A stretch of 64,000 nt of DNA from Candidatus Tayloriibacteriota bacterium (GCA_943350765.1 CALRAJ010000002.1:72951-136950), one strand, 5' to 3'. Shown: positions 9,406 through 19,030, counted from the stretch's first letter. Notes: a model not told the origin generated them from the letters alone. Made by a program: numbers and translations.

Positions 9406-9726
9406 GTGTATAATATCAGTTGGAGTGACTATATGAACCCATTTGAAACTATAGATTGCCTACTTTGTAGGCATATGTACGCTGACGCTTTACCCTTTGT
9501 AAAACTTTTACCAACAGCAACCGAGGATGAAAGGGTAAAAAAAGATAATTACCTCATCTGTAGCATTACGGGTTTGCTCGAGCTGAATACATCTGATGAT
9601 GTCAGGATGGCTGTAGATAGCTGGTACTTTTTGTCCGAAACAGATTTAAAAAGTCAGCTTAAAAAGCGAGAACTTTATGACGGTGTTCTTGCAAGGGTAA
9701 TCATTGAACACAGGCTTCTTGATTGA
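9406..9726 (+). CDS. Hypothetical protein
   Basis: ORF followed by a hairpin plus T-tract at ~9745-9775; no domain recognised. Confidence 0.3.
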   Translation: MYNISWSDYMNPFETIDCLLCRHMYADALPFVKLLPTATEDERVKKDNYLICSITGLLELNTSDDVRMAVDSWYFLSETDLKSQLKKRELYDGVLARVIIEHRLLD

Positions 9727-9845
9727 TTTTTTAATGATAAGCAAAGCTCTCTTAATTGGGAGCTTTTTTAATTCTTTTTTTGTAAATAGTGTCTTTTAAA
9801 AAAAGTAATGTATACTATGCTGTATATAAGCTTTAATATATTTGC

Positions 9846-10085
9846 ATGACAAGACAACAAATACTGGGCGTGATCGGTCTGTGGACACTAATACTTCCTT
9901 TTTTAGGTTTTCCGAATGATTGGAAGCTCAATATGGTTGCACTGAATGGTTTAATAATTTTGATTTTGTATTGGAAAATGAGAAAAGAGTCTCAGGCTAT
10001 TTCTATTAAGACAAAGAACCATGGCGCGGGTTTTGTTGAAAATTCAATAGCAGAGAAACCAAATCAAGCAAACACGGAGGAGTAA
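9846..10085 (+). CDS. Hypothetical small membrane protein
   Basis: Two predicted TM helices; no similarity recognised. Confidence 0.3.
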   Translation: MTRQQILGVIGLWTLILPFLGFPNDWKLNMVALNGLIILILYWKMRKESQAISIKTKNHGAGFVENSIAEKPNQANTEE

Positions 10086-10153
10086 AAAGAGTTTTTTAAA
10101 AATGGATATTTTGTGTAAAAAGAGGTAAATAGCCTTGATTAGAGGCTTGTTTT

Positions 10154-10193
10154 GCTTCAAAGGCTCAACGGTACACCGTTGAGCCTTTGAAGC
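10154..10193. repeat. H-family hairpin repeat
   Basis: gcttcaaaggctcaacggtacaccgttgagcctttgaagc. Confidence 0.8.
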
Positions 10194-10245
10194 AAAAATA
10201 CTCACACTGCCTTTGTTTTTTTTATTTTTATGCTATAATCACTCT

Positions 10246-10506
10246 ATGAATCCAGAGGATAAAGCGGTCTTACAAAAAGTACTTAAAATATCAAAGGATA
10301 ATCAAGAGATTCTAGAGAAACTTCAGCGTGCAAACCGCTGGTCAGTTGTCTTTAAGATTATTTACTGGGTGTTTATCATACTGGCGGCTGGAGGTGCATA
10401 TTTTGCTATAAAGCCTTACTCAGACCAGCTCGGGGACACTTATACTGGATTCAAAGCTGAGTTGGAAGGTGCCCACTCGGTAACAAACAAGATTTTTGGT
10501 AATTAA
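10246..10506 (+). CDS. Hypothetical small membrane protein; extended -10 box TGcTATAAT lies 7 nt upstream of the ATG (leaderless-type start)
   Basis: ATG at 10246 preceded by tgctataat at 10231-10239; one TM helix. Confidence 0.35.
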   Translation: MNPEDKAVLQKVLKISKDNQEILEKLQRANRWSVVFKIIYWVFIILAAGGAYFAIKPYSDQLGDTYTGFKAELEGAHSVTNKIFGN

Positions 10507-10594
10507 TCTCTTGATTTTTTGTTGTCCTCTTAGGACAACAAAATTTACACCTAAAATAGGGTAATGTAATGTTTAGTCGAATAAATTTGATTTT

Positions 10595-10667
10595 GCCAAG
10601 ATAGCTCAGTTGGTAGAGCGCTCCCCTGAAGAGGGAGATGTCCCCAGTTCGAATCTGGGTCTTGGCA
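10595..10667 (+). tRNA. tRNA-Phe (anticodon GAA)
   Basis: GCCAAGA-TA-GCTC-AGTTGGTA-GAGC, anticodon arm CTCCC-CTGAAGA-GGGAG, T-arm CCCAG-TTCGAAT-CTGGG, discriminator A. Confidence 0.9.
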
Positions 10668-10678
10668 CCGAAACAAAA

Positions 10679-10710
10679 CAAATCACCTCACCGCATGCGG
10701 TGAGGTGATT
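10679..10710. terminator. Bidirectional terminator hairpin between tRNA-Phe (+) and hsp20 (-)
   Basis: Perfect palindrome aaatcacctcaccgcatgcggtgaggtgattt. Confidence 0.7.
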
Positions 10711-10725
10711 TGTCCCTAACATCTT

Positions 10726-11187
10726 TTAAGTAGTCGATTTTACCCTTACCTTTGTCTGTCTACCTTTGTCTACTTTGGTCAATTTTAAAATAAGTAAACC
10801 ATGTTTTTCTATGGCCTCAGCTGTGTCTACTTCTACTTCCTGTGGAAGAGTAACGGTGCGCGAAAATGAACCCCAATACAGCTCACGATAAAAGAAGTCT
10901 TCCTCGCGGATATTTCGCTCTTCCTCCCTTTTACCACGGATAGTTACCATATCTCGAGTGATAGAAATATCTAAATCTTCGGGACGCACACCAGCAACCA
11001 TGGTTTTTAGGATTATTTTATCGGCTGTCTGATGTATATCAACAGTCAGCTCGCCGTCCTTGTCCTCTTCATCTAGCCAGTCTTCTTTTTTGGTTTCAGT
11101 TAATGCCACCTCCTCATTTTCAGAATTTTCATCAAGCTTGATTGTTCCTGTTAATCTTTCAAAAAATGATTTTTTTGTTTTTGACAT
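10726..11187 (-). CDS. Hsp20/alpha-crystallin family small heat-shock protein
   Basis: ACD-type beta-sandwich with ...GLLILKLTK... C-terminal motif; 153 aa. Confidence 0.75.
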   Translation of the reverse strand: MSKTKKSFFERLTGTIKLDENSENEEVALTETKKEDWLDEEDKDGELTVDIHQTADKIILKTMVAGVRPEDLDISITRDMVTIRGKREEERNIREEDFFYRELYWGSFSRTVTLPQEVEVDTAEAIEKHGLLILKLTKVDKGRQTKVRVKSTT

Positions 11188-11203
11188 AATTTTAAATAAA
11201 TAA

Positions 11204-11929
11204 TTAACTCGTCGAGCTGACTTTTTTCTGTGAATCTATTGACCGTGCCTTTTCAAAAAAGAGCATAAGGATTATTACACCTACCCATACCAAAGCAAAA
11301 ATCTTGAAAGTATCAATACCACTTGACTGTATTATAAATAAATTAAACGCAGCATGCAATGCTGTGGCGAGGATAACTCCAAAGAGTAAGCTTGTCCTCT
11401 TTAGAAGCTTTCCCTTGAAGAAGGTTAGTGAAATACTAAAACCGATTGTTGCTGAGGCAACAACATGAAGCAGGGTGGCACCAATAAAACGGAGATTACC
11501 ACTTATAAGGGCCTGGAGTGTATTACCAAGCTCAAGTGGCTTGAGTATAAAAAAGGTGTTCTCTAGTGCTGCAAAACCGAGTGCCACAGTGATCAGATAA
11601 ATCATGGCATCGATAGGCTCATCTAGGAAACGACTGCGCAGGGCAATGAAGTAGACGACTACAAGCTTCATAATTTCCTCAATACCAGCCCAAATAATAT
11701 ATTTGAGTGTGGTAGCATAAGCTAGGGTTGACCCATCGAGCAGGTCTAATACTAATTTTTGTAGTGGTAAAACAAGTGCTACTGAAAGCATTCCACCTAA
11801 AAATGAAAATGCTAGCAAGAGTCGTGGCTCAGGATGAAGGTTGTCTTCTTTTAACCAAAACCAAAGCCAAAGTATAGCTGGTAAAATACCAGCGAGTAGT
11901 GCGTAGAAAATCTCAGTAGTACTATCCAT
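11204..11929 (-). CDS. PrsW-family intramembrane protease-like protein
   Basis: Multi-TM with EEIMK (EExxK) and HAAFN motifs characteristic of the PrsW/YpdC family. Confidence 0.5.
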   Translation of the reverse strand: MDSTTEIFYALLAGILPAILWLWFWLKEDNLHPEPRLLLAFSFLGGMLSVALVLPLQKLVLDLLDGSTLAYATTLKYIIWAGIEEIMKLVVVYFIALRSRFLDEPIDAMIYLITVALGFAALENTFFILKPLELGNTLQALISGNLRFIGATLLHVVASATIGFSISLTFFKGKLLKRTSLLFGVILATALHAAFNLFIIQSSGIDTFKIFALVWVGVIILMLFFEKARSIDSQKKVSSTS

Positions 11930-11990
11930 GTCTAGTAGTATACCTTAGAGATTTTTTATAATCTATGTGTTAAAAGTGGTGATGATAATC

Positions 11991-14234
11991 CTATGCTGGC
12001 CAATTCTCCACCATTAGTAGATTTTGCTCTGTATTATGAGGTAAGGTGAGCCAGATTTCCTCGGTAACAAATGGGATAAATGGGTGAAGGGTTTTTAGAA
12101 TGATATGAAGGGTATGGATAAGTAATTGAGCTCGAGATGATTTTTCTGAGTCTGTACCCTTACCTTCGTTAACGGGAGGGGTACCTAGAATAGTCTTACT
12201 TTCCTCTACGATTTTATCCGCAAATGTGTGCCATGTGTAATGGTAAAGCTTTTCAGCAACAAGATATAGTTTGTATTCCTCCATTTCTCGGGTAATTTCT
12301 GTAATAAGTGCGTCTCGCTCAGCAACAAGTTTTTTGTCGGCTTCTGTCCATTTGGAAAAACCTGGATCGTATTTGTAGGTCTCGGTACTTGAAAGAATAA
12401 AACGAGTAATATTCCAAAGTTTGTTGGCAAAGTTTTTGTAGCCTTTGATTTTGTTTTCATCAAAGCTAATGTCGCTACCGATAGCTGTACCAGTCAAAAG
12501 TCCCATGCGTAGAGCATCAGCACCGTATTTGTTTATAATATCGATAGGGTCGATACCGTTGTTTAGAGATTTGCTAAACTTTTGACCATCTTTTGCACGG
12601 ACTAATCCATGTATCATAACTGTACGAAAAGGGACTTGTCCAAGATGAAAACCACTCATCATGATCATGCGTGAGACCCATAGGTTTAAAATCTCGTACG
12701 CTGGGGACATAAATGATGTCGGGTGAAATGTTTTTAAATCTTTTGTTATATCAGGCCAGCCCATGGTCGAAAATGTCCATAATCCTGATGAAAACCATGT
12801 ATCAAGCACATCTTCCTCCTGTACCCAGCCTTCTCCTTTCGGAGCCTCTATTCCGACATACATCTTTGTTTTTTCTTCGTTTCCAACTTTTAACTTTTCA
12901 CTTTCGACTTTCGACTTTCGTTTATACCATACTGGGATTCGATGCCCAAACCAAATCTGTCGGGAAATACACCAGTCGTGTAGATTTTCTATCCAGTGAA
13001 AATAGGCATTACGGAAACCTTCCTGTGGCATATTTACCTGTTCGCTTGATACCGCTTTTCTCATAATTTCTTTTAATGTAGTTTCAGTACCACTTTCAAT
13101 ACCTGGTATTTCTGAGTAGGGAATAATAAAGGGTTTATTTACTGCTATCCACCACTGCTTCATTATCTGTGGCTCGATGGTCGCACCTGTCCTCTCTGCG
13201 GTTGCAATGTTGTGGGTGTATTCCTCTTCTTTTACAATCAAACCTTTGGCACGAAGCTTCTCAACAATCTTTTGTCGAGCTTCGGTAATCTTTATACCAT
13301 AAAATTCACCAGCAATTTCCAAAAGCTTTCCATATTTGTCGATAATTTGTACCTTATCGAGCTTGTGGCGTTCGGCAATGTCAAAATCAACAGCACTGTG
13401 CCATGGTGTGATTGTCATAACACCAGTCCCAAATCCCATGTCTATCGCAGAATCTTTTATAACTGTCGCAGTAAGTGGACCATTGATCCATTCAAGCTCG
13501 ATTTTTTGACCATGCTTGTATTCTGAGTAACGCTCATCGTCTGGGTGCATTACAACGTGCTTGTCGCCAAACTTTGTTTCTGGTCGAGCGGTACCAATAG
13601 TAAAAGGTCCATACTTTAGGTAATAGAATTTGGTTTTTTCTTCTTTGTATGCAATTTCATCATCAGATATTGTGGTTTGACCTTTTGGATCCCAGTTTAC
13701 TATTCTGTCGCCTTGGTAAATAAGACCAGAATTATACATATTTACAAACGCAGTAGTAACGGCTAGTGTACGAGTTTCATCCAGTGTATAGGCATAGCGT
13801 GACCAGTCGAGTGACGCTCCCATTTTTCGAACTTGGCCTAAAATAGTGTTTTCACTTTCCTTTGCAAATGTACGAACGCGTTTGACCAGCTCGTCACGAC
13901 CGAGGTCGTGACGACTTTTACCCTCGTCTTTTTGAATGTTTTTTTCAACTCGTGCTTGGGTTGCAATAGCTGCAGAGTCAGTACCAGGGATCCAAAGTAC
14001 ACGCTTGCCACGCATTCGTTGAAATCGTATGACCGCATCCTGTAACGAGTCCTCATAGGCATGTCCGAGATGTAGTATGCCAGTAACATTTGGTGGGGGA
14101 AGTACGACGGTAAAAGTTTCGGAGCGTTTGCCCGGTAAGTTGTCTAGATTAAAAAAACCGCTTTCCTCCCAGAGTTTGTAGATCTTATCTTCTGTATCCG
14201 TTGGATTATAAGGTTTTAGGAATTTATCATGCAT
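11991..14234 (-). CDS. valS: Valine--tRNA ligase (short form lacking the C-terminal coiled-coil)
   Basis: PPPNVTGILHLGHA HIGH motif and KFSKS (KMSKS) motif. Start assigned to MHDKFLKPYNP rather than the ORF-track start at 14348. Confidence 0.9.
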   Translation of the reverse strand: MHDKFLKPYNPTDTEDKIYKLWEESGFFNLDNLPGKRSETFTVVLPPPNVTGILHLGHAYEDSLQDAVIRFQRMRGKRVLWIPGTDSAAIATQARVEKNIQKDEGKSRHDLGRDELVKRVRTFAKESENTILGQVRKMGASLDWSRYAYTLDETRTLAVTTAFVNMYNSGLIYQGDRIVNWDPKGQTTISDDEIAYKEEKTKFYYLKYGPFTIGTARPETKFGDKHVVMHPDDERYSEYKHGQKIELEWINGPLTATVIKDSAIDMGFGTGVMTITPWHSAVDFDIAERHKLDKVQIIDKYGKLLEIAGEFYGIKITEARQKIVEKLRAKGLIVKEEEYTHNIATAERTGATIEPQIMKQWWIAVNKPFIIPYSEIPGIESGTETTLKEIMRKAVSSEQVNMPQEGFRNAYFHWIENLHDWCISRQIWFGHRIPVWYKRKSKVESEKLKVGNEEKTKMYVGIEAPKGEGWVQEEDVLDTWFSSGLWTFSTMGWPDITKDLKTFHPTSFMSPAYEILNLWVSRMIMMSGFHLGQVPFRTVMIHGLVRAKDGQKFSKSLNNGIDPIDIINKYGADALRMGLLTGTAIGSDISFDENKIKGYKNFANKLWNITRFILSSTETYKYDPGFSKWTEADKKLVAERDALITEITREMEEYKLYLVAEKLYHYTWHTFADKIVEESKTILGTPPVNEGKGTDSEKSSRAQLLIHTLHIILKTLHPFIPFVTEEIWLTLPHNTEQNLLMVENWPA
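12896..12925. repeat. Heptamer tandem repeat (CTTTCGA x3) inside valS
   Basis: cactttcgactttcgactttcg; encodes KSKVESEK in a probable insertion segment. Confidence 0.6.
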
Positions 14235-14685
14235 ATAGAGTATGTAAGGGTATAGTAGCAAAAAAATAGTTCTTTTGAAAGGCGCTGTAGTAGAGATATG
14301 GTGTCGGTGGAATATAAATAAAAAATTAGACCCACCTCGCTTTCGCAAGATGGGTCCGAGTCGAGATGTTTGAGTTCACTGTGCTGTTGGGATTGGTCGA
14401 TCCCTCAACTTTTTTCATTAGCCTATGCCAGCTATTACCTTTCGGTTTTGGGTAGAATTAGTCTATAACCATGTAGGTTGAGAACATATTAAACCACTAG
14501 CGTTAGCACATCATTTTTCATGTGTCCCTTCGGAGCGTTTGTTTTGTGAGGTTTGCAGACAAACACTCACTCAATAGCTCCTACCTTGGGGCGTGTGACC
14601 AATTTGACCAATGAAGGGTGTGTATTACTACAAACCCCAGTACCTCAAACATCTTAACTACATTAAGTATAGCATACCTATATTT

Positions 14686-15918
14686 TTATGCAAGTTTTTG
14701 CGAAGCGGTGGTATTTGATAGTTTTAGACATCCTTCAGCCCTCAGGGTGCTAGAATCTCCTCGAATACCAGAAATATAGCGATGATAACCTGCCACTCCT
14801 ATCATTATTGCATTGTCGGTAGTGTGAGAAATGCGAGGGATTTGTAATTGTATGTCAGGTAATACTTGCACTAGCTCCTCAAAAGATTTTCTAATACGCG
14901 TATTTGCAACAACACCTCCACCTAGGATCAGTGTTTTAGCCCCAGTGCGTTCAAGACACTTTTTTGTTTTTGAGATGATTACTTCTGTGACCGCGTCTTC
15001 AAATTGCCGAGCGATTTGCATTTGTATGTCGGGTGTCAATAAAGATATTTTTTGTACCATATACAAAACTGCCGTTTTTATTCCAGAAAAGGAAAAGTCG
15101 AAATCTTTTGAATAAATCATAGGGCGGGGGAGCTTGTATTGAGAATTTTCTCCATTCGGTCTGTGTATCCTATCTGCATCGGCTAATTTAGAAATCTCAG
15201 GTCCACCAGGATAGGGAAGTCCGAGAATGCGGGCGACCTTGTCGAAAGCCTCCCCAAGAGCATCGTCACGAGTTTGTCCTACTATTTGATATTTTCCTTC
15301 TTCTGTTATAAGTACTAGCTCAGTATGACCACCTGAAATGAGTAGAGCAAGGGCTGGATAGGCAACTTTTTTTATAGAAAATGAAGTTGTCTTTTCATCA
15401 GTTTTTTCTTCGAGCAGTGCGACAGCTATATGCCCCTCCATGTGATTGGTGGGAATAAGTGGAACACCCCAGAGTTTTGAAAGTGCTTTTGCAAAACTAA
15501 CACCAACCCACAAAGCTGGCTCGAGACCTGGTCCATGGGTAACTGCTATAGCGTCAATAGTAGGCTTTTCAAGTGTGGTAATTTCTTTACAAAAAAGCTC
15601 AGACAGATTATTTTCCCTTTCCAGAATTTTATTTATTTCGTTTAGAGAGTTTGGGTCAAGATCGGTAATATTTTGACTAAGCTTTTTTTGGTATAAATCA
15701 GCTTCTTTTAAGCATTGTATAGTGAGTGGTACGAGGTTTTTACCATGTTCCCTCTTTGCGAGCATCGGAAAAACACCGCCATATTCTCTATGAATATCAA
15801 CTTGGGAAAAGAGTGTATTACCGAGAATGGTCACGGTGATGTCGCTACCTTGCACTTCAAATTGAAGCAGACTCACCGCCGTCTCGTCGCATGATGTTTC
15901 GATAGAAAGTATAATCAT
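14686..15918 (-). CDS. tsaD: tRNA N6-adenosine threonylcarbamoyltransferase (TsaD/Kae1 family) with an internal insertion and a C-terminal extension
   Basis: MIILSIETSCDETAV N-terminus, an HMEGH metal site, and a GGVVANTRIR motif; about 70 aa longer than canonical TsaD. Confidence 0.85.
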   Translation of the reverse strand: MIILSIETSCDETAVSLLQFEVQGSDITVTILGNTLFSQVDIHREYGGVFPMLAKREHGKNLVPLTIQCLKEADLYQKKLSQNITDLDPNSLNEINKILERENNLSELFCKEITTLEKPTIDAIAVTHGPGLEPALWVGVSFAKALSKLWGVPLIPTNHMEGHIAVALLEEKTDEKTTSFSIKKVAYPALALLISGGHTELVLITEEGKYQIVGQTRDDALGEAFDKVARILGLPYPGGPEISKLADADRIHRPNGENSQYKLPRPMIYSKDFDFSFSGIKTAVLYMVQKISLLTPDIQMQIARQFEDAVTEVIISKTKKCLERTGAKTLILGGGVVANTRIRKSFEELVQVLPDIQLQIPRISHTTDNAIMIGVAGYHRYISGIRGDSSTLRAEGCLKLSNTTASQKLA

Positions 15919-15954
15919 GTTTAAAGAAATCGAAAATCCATATATTATTTGATT

Positions 15955-15977
15955 TTGTGACCCCACGGAGAGACACG
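15955..15977 (-). repeat. Duplicated 3'-end fragment of tRNA-Glu (direct repeat with 16139-16161)
   Basis: ttttgtgaccccacggagag occurs twice; the second copy is the 3' end of the tRNA-Glu gene. Confidence 0.75.
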
Positions 15978-16140
15978 AGTACGTTTTCGGTCATGGATAA
16001 TTTGCTCGCCGTCGCTCATAAATTTTCGTTACCACGACTCGCGGTTCAACTTTACTAAGTCTCATTCCGCTCCGTCTTTCGACTTTCCGTAGAGCCTACA
16101 AAAATATACTCACCAAACGCTCCACGTTAGGTTTGTTATT
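15978..16140. repeat. ~160-bp element A inserted between the tRNA-Glu 3'-end direct repeats; homologous copy (element B) at 59823-60010
   Basis: Shared blocks tttgctcgccgtcgctca-aaa, cgactcg, ctccgtct, tttttatttttgtg-acc. Confidence 0.6.
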
Positions 16141-16144
16141 TTTG

Positions 16145-16216
16145 TGACCCCACGGAGAGTCGAACTCCGCTTAACAGATTGAAAACCTGCTGTCCTAACC
16201 GATAGACGATGGGGCC
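16145..16216 (-). tRNA. tRNA-Glu (anticodon UUC)
   Basis: Reverse complement folds: GGCCCCA-TC-GTCT-ATCGGTTA-GGAC, anticodon loop TTTTCAA, T-arm CGGAG-TTCGACT-CTCCG, acceptor TGGGGTC-A. Confidence 0.8.
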
Positions 16217-16270
16217 TTTCTATAAGGCAGGAATACTATAGCATTCTTATCATTTATGTGGAAGTGAAGT

Positions 16271-17338
16271 ATGCTTGAGCGGTTTAGTATTATATTGTAT
16301 ACTTACATTATATTTAAATATCAAATGATGTCAGTATATATAGAATCAGGTCATGAAATCAGTAATTTTTTAATACAAGCAAAATCGTCTGTCGGTTCGT
16401 GGGAAAATCTTTCTAAAAAAGCGCCTGTATCCTCAAGGACACTTCGTCATTGGTATAATGGTAAGTCTTATATATCACTGAATGTTCTTGAGCTACTAAG
16501 TGACCAGCTCAAAATAGCTTTGCCTCCATATAAGCTGGTTGATTTTTTGGATCAAAAAAGAATTGCAGGCAAAAAAGGTGGTTTGGCGCGCGTTGCTCTC
16601 TATGGAAATCCAGGAACAATCGCAGGAAGATTGCGGGGTGGATTACAATCGATAAAGGTTCAAGCAAAGAATCCCGCTTCACCATTTGTGCAAAAAAAGA
16701 TTGCTATACCAGCATATTCATCTAAGTTGGCAGAATTTGTCGGGATTTTATTGGGGGATGGTCATGTTGACGAAAGACAAATTTCTATATCGATAGGAGG
16801 TGATGAGTTTGAATATACCAAATATATCTCGGATTTAAGTTTCAAACTATTTAATTATCGGCCGTCTATAAAAAAGAAAAAAGGAGTAGAAATGTATACT
16901 ATGGTTTTTTCTCGAACAGCCCTCGTTGACTATATTAAGGGGATTGGCCTAATCGATCATCATAAAGTAAGGTCGCAAAGCGAAGTCCCTTTATGGGTAC
17001 AGAGTAGTAAGAGTTATTCAAAGGCCTGTCTTCGAGGGTTGTTTGACACAGACGGTTCTTTTTTCATCGATAGACATTTAATAAAAAAGTCGTTATATTA
17101 TAATCCGGGTGTCGCGTTTACGAACTACTCATTACCGATACTTAACTTTTTCTATTCAACATTAGTTGTTTTGGGATTTCATCCAACAATATCGAATAAT
17201 AGAAATGTACTTTTGAGACGAGTCAGTGAGGTGCATCTCTTTTTTAAAGTTATTAAAAGTAACAACCCAAAGCATCTTGGAAAGTTTAAAGGATTTGTAG
17301 ATAATTATAAAAAAGGAAAGGTACCGAAGAGGTTATAA
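16271..17338 (+). CDS. Free-standing LAGLIDADG homing endonuclease (two LAGLIDADG motifs) with an N-terminal extension
   Basis: LAEFVGILLGDGHV and LRGLFDTDGSF motifs. The 3' end of the ORF overlaps tRNA-Ser by ~24 nt; the true start may be the internal Met at ~16325. Confidence 0.8.
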   Translation: MLERFSIILYTYIIFKYQMMSVYIESGHEISNFLIQAKSSVGSWENLSKKAPVSSRTLRHWYNGKSYISLNVLELLSDQLKIALPPYKLVDFLDQKRIAGKKGGLARVALYGNPGTIAGRLRGGLQSIKVQAKNPASPFVQKKIAIPAYSSKLAEFVGILLGDGHVDERQISISIGGDEFEYTKYISDLSFKLFNYRPSIKKKKGVEMYTMVFSRTALVDYIKGIGLIDHHKVRSQSEVPLWVQSSKSYSKACLRGLFDTDGSFFIDRHLIKKSLYYNPGVAFTNYSLPILNFFYSTLVVLGFHPTISNNRNVLLRRVSEVHLFFKVIKSNNPKHLGKFKGFVDNYKKGKVPKRL

Positions 17339-17404
17339 CGGCGCCGATTCGAAATCGGATGGCCGGGTCAAACCGGCACGAGGGTTCGAATCCCTCCCTT
17401 TCCG
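17315..17404 (+). tRNA. tRNA-Ser (anticodon CGA), type II with a long variable arm
   Basis: Acceptor GGAAAGG/CCTTTCC, long D-loop, anticodon loop TTCGAAA, variable arm GGCCGGG-TCAAA-CCGGC, T-arm GAGGG-TTCGAAT-CCCTC, discriminator G. Confidence 0.7.
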
Positions 17405-17436
17405 CCTGAGCAAAAACCTGCTATTCTGTGGATCAT

Positions 17437-17510
17437 GGGCGGTTAGCTCATTTAGCTAGAGCGCATCGTTGACGTCGATGAGGTAATAGGTGCAATTCCT
17501 ATACCGCCCA
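17437..17510 (+). tRNA. tRNA-Val (anticodon GAC)
   Basis: GGGCGGT-TA-GCTC...GAGC, anticodon arm CATCG-TTGACGT-CGATG, acceptor ACCGCCC-A; the T-loop TGCAATT is atypical. Confidence 0.65.
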
Positions 17511-17572
17511 CACACTAGACACAAGAATTGCGGTCGATCTTAAGATTAGTAAATGGTACAAATATATACTAA

Positions 17573-18142
17573 ATGTTTCTAGATATTGGAATAGGTTTAA
17601 TGGTTTCAAAGATTTTGATTAAAACTATGGGCTTTTATGCACCCACAGTTTTTATTATTCTTGGTGTGGTTTTCTCATTATTACCAGATATTGATTTTAT
17701 TTTTCATCTATTAAAAAAGAAAAGACTGAACGAATATAACCACAAACACCGTGACTATTTGCATTACCCGATACTGTATATTGGCGGTGGTTTTATTTTA
17801 TTTCTATTTGTTGATGTAAAAATAGCAATTTTGTTTGCTGTTGTTTCAGCTCTACATTTTTTACACGATAGTGTTGGTATCGGTTGGGGAGTAAAGTGGC
17901 TGTATCCATTCTCAAAAAATAGCTTTATGTTTTGCTATAAAATTAGAGAAAAAGGAGAGGGTTTGAGACGTGTTTTCCCATCACAACTTTATTACTCATG
18001 GACGGAGGAGCAAGTAGAACAAAAATCCTTACTATATGGTGATAAGGACTGGGTAAAAAATATTTACCTTAAATTTAGTTGGTATGCTTTTATTGAGTAT
18101 ATAGGTTTTCTGATAGGATTAGGGTTTCTTTTTTGGCTATAA
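17573..18142 (+). CDS. Membrane-bound metal-dependent hydrolase-like protein (DUF457/YdjM-like)
   Basis: Multi-TM protein with LHFLHDS...GIGWG motifs. Confidence 0.4.
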   Translation: MFLDIGIGLMVSKILIKTMGFYAPTVFIILGVVFSLLPDIDFIFHLLKKKRLNEYNHKHRDYLHYPILYIGGGFILFLFVDVKIAILFAVVSALHFLHDSVGIGWGVKWLYPFSKNSFMFCYKIREKGEGLRRVFPSQLYYSWTEEQVEQKSLLYGDKDWVKNIYLKFSWYAFIEYIGFLIGLGFLFWL

Positions 18143-18156
18143 TTTTTTGTGTAATT

Positions 18157-18300
18157 ACCCCGAATTACGAAATACCTTTCTAGGCATATCATTTTGAAAG
18201 CACGAGTATTTCTTTGGTAAGAAATCTCTCAAGTCTCAGCTACCCGCTTCCGAAGTCTTTCAAAAAGATACACCTGCGACGGTATTTTGTAATTCGGGGT
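18157..18300. mobile_element. MITE-like element copy 2 (subtype A)
   Basis: TIRs accccgaattacgaaatacc / ggtattttgtaattcggggt (19/20); same core as copy 1. Confidence 0.8.
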
Positions 18301-18302
18301 AC

Positions 18303-19030
18303 TTACTTTAAATCTAAATCTCTTCTGAAATTCAGTTCCTTTTTTTCAAAGATACTTGGTTTACCAAGTTTACCCCAGTAAGAAAGCTGTTTCCTCATAT
18401 CCGATAGATTTTTCATAGGATGCGAGTGTCTGACTGCAAATGATGGGTCAATCATTATTATGTAACCTGCGTCTCTGGCCCATTTTGCCCATTCACCATC
18501 TTCACCGCCTAGTCCGTACTTTTCGTCAAAATGATGTTTTTCCCAAAGAGATTTTCTGATGGCACAGTTGGTTGCCCCGAGTACCCCCATTTCATCCACA
18601 ACCATCCTTTTACCACGAAGCAGTAGTTTTAAATACCAGTAATTGTAAAGAAAAACTCAAGTAGGTGAGCATTTTTTCTAGGGCGACATGGCCCATAAAA
18701 TCCTGCCATTTTTGGGTTTTCGAAATTCTTAACCACAGTTTGAAGCCACTTATCCGAAGTGGGTAGGGAATGTCCCACGGTCAAAACCACATACTCGTAG
18801 GATGAGTTTTCTATACCAAGGTTCATTGATTTTGGATAGGAAAAGGCGTTTTTAGGCAGAGTGATGACTTTTGCATCAAAGCTTTCTGCGAGCTCCTTTG
18901 TCCCATCGGTGGACTCATTATCTACCACAATAATTTCGAAAGGCACACTACATTTTTGCTTTTTAAGCATAAACAAAAGCTTTTGCAGGCTATCCTTTTC
19001 GTTGAGTGTTCGTATTACGATTGATATCAT
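18303..19030 (-). pseudogene. Family-2 glycosyltransferase split by a frameshift into two ORFs (18629-19030 and 18303-18605)
   Basis: N-terminal half IVIRTLNE...VVDNESTDGT (GT-A fold, DxD region) and C-terminal half continue in different reading frames across ~18605-18630. Confidence 0.6.

Noticed and set aside
14349-14685. T-box riboswitch upstream of valS
   Set aside because: No AGGGUGGNACCGCG T-box sequence and no recognisable specifier-loop/antiterminator architecture were found by eye.
16271-17404. LAGLIDADG ORF as an intron-encoded endonuclease inside a tRNA
   Set aside because: tRNA-Ser folds as a contiguous 90-nt gene with no intron; the HE ORF merely overlaps its 5' end, so it is called free-standing.
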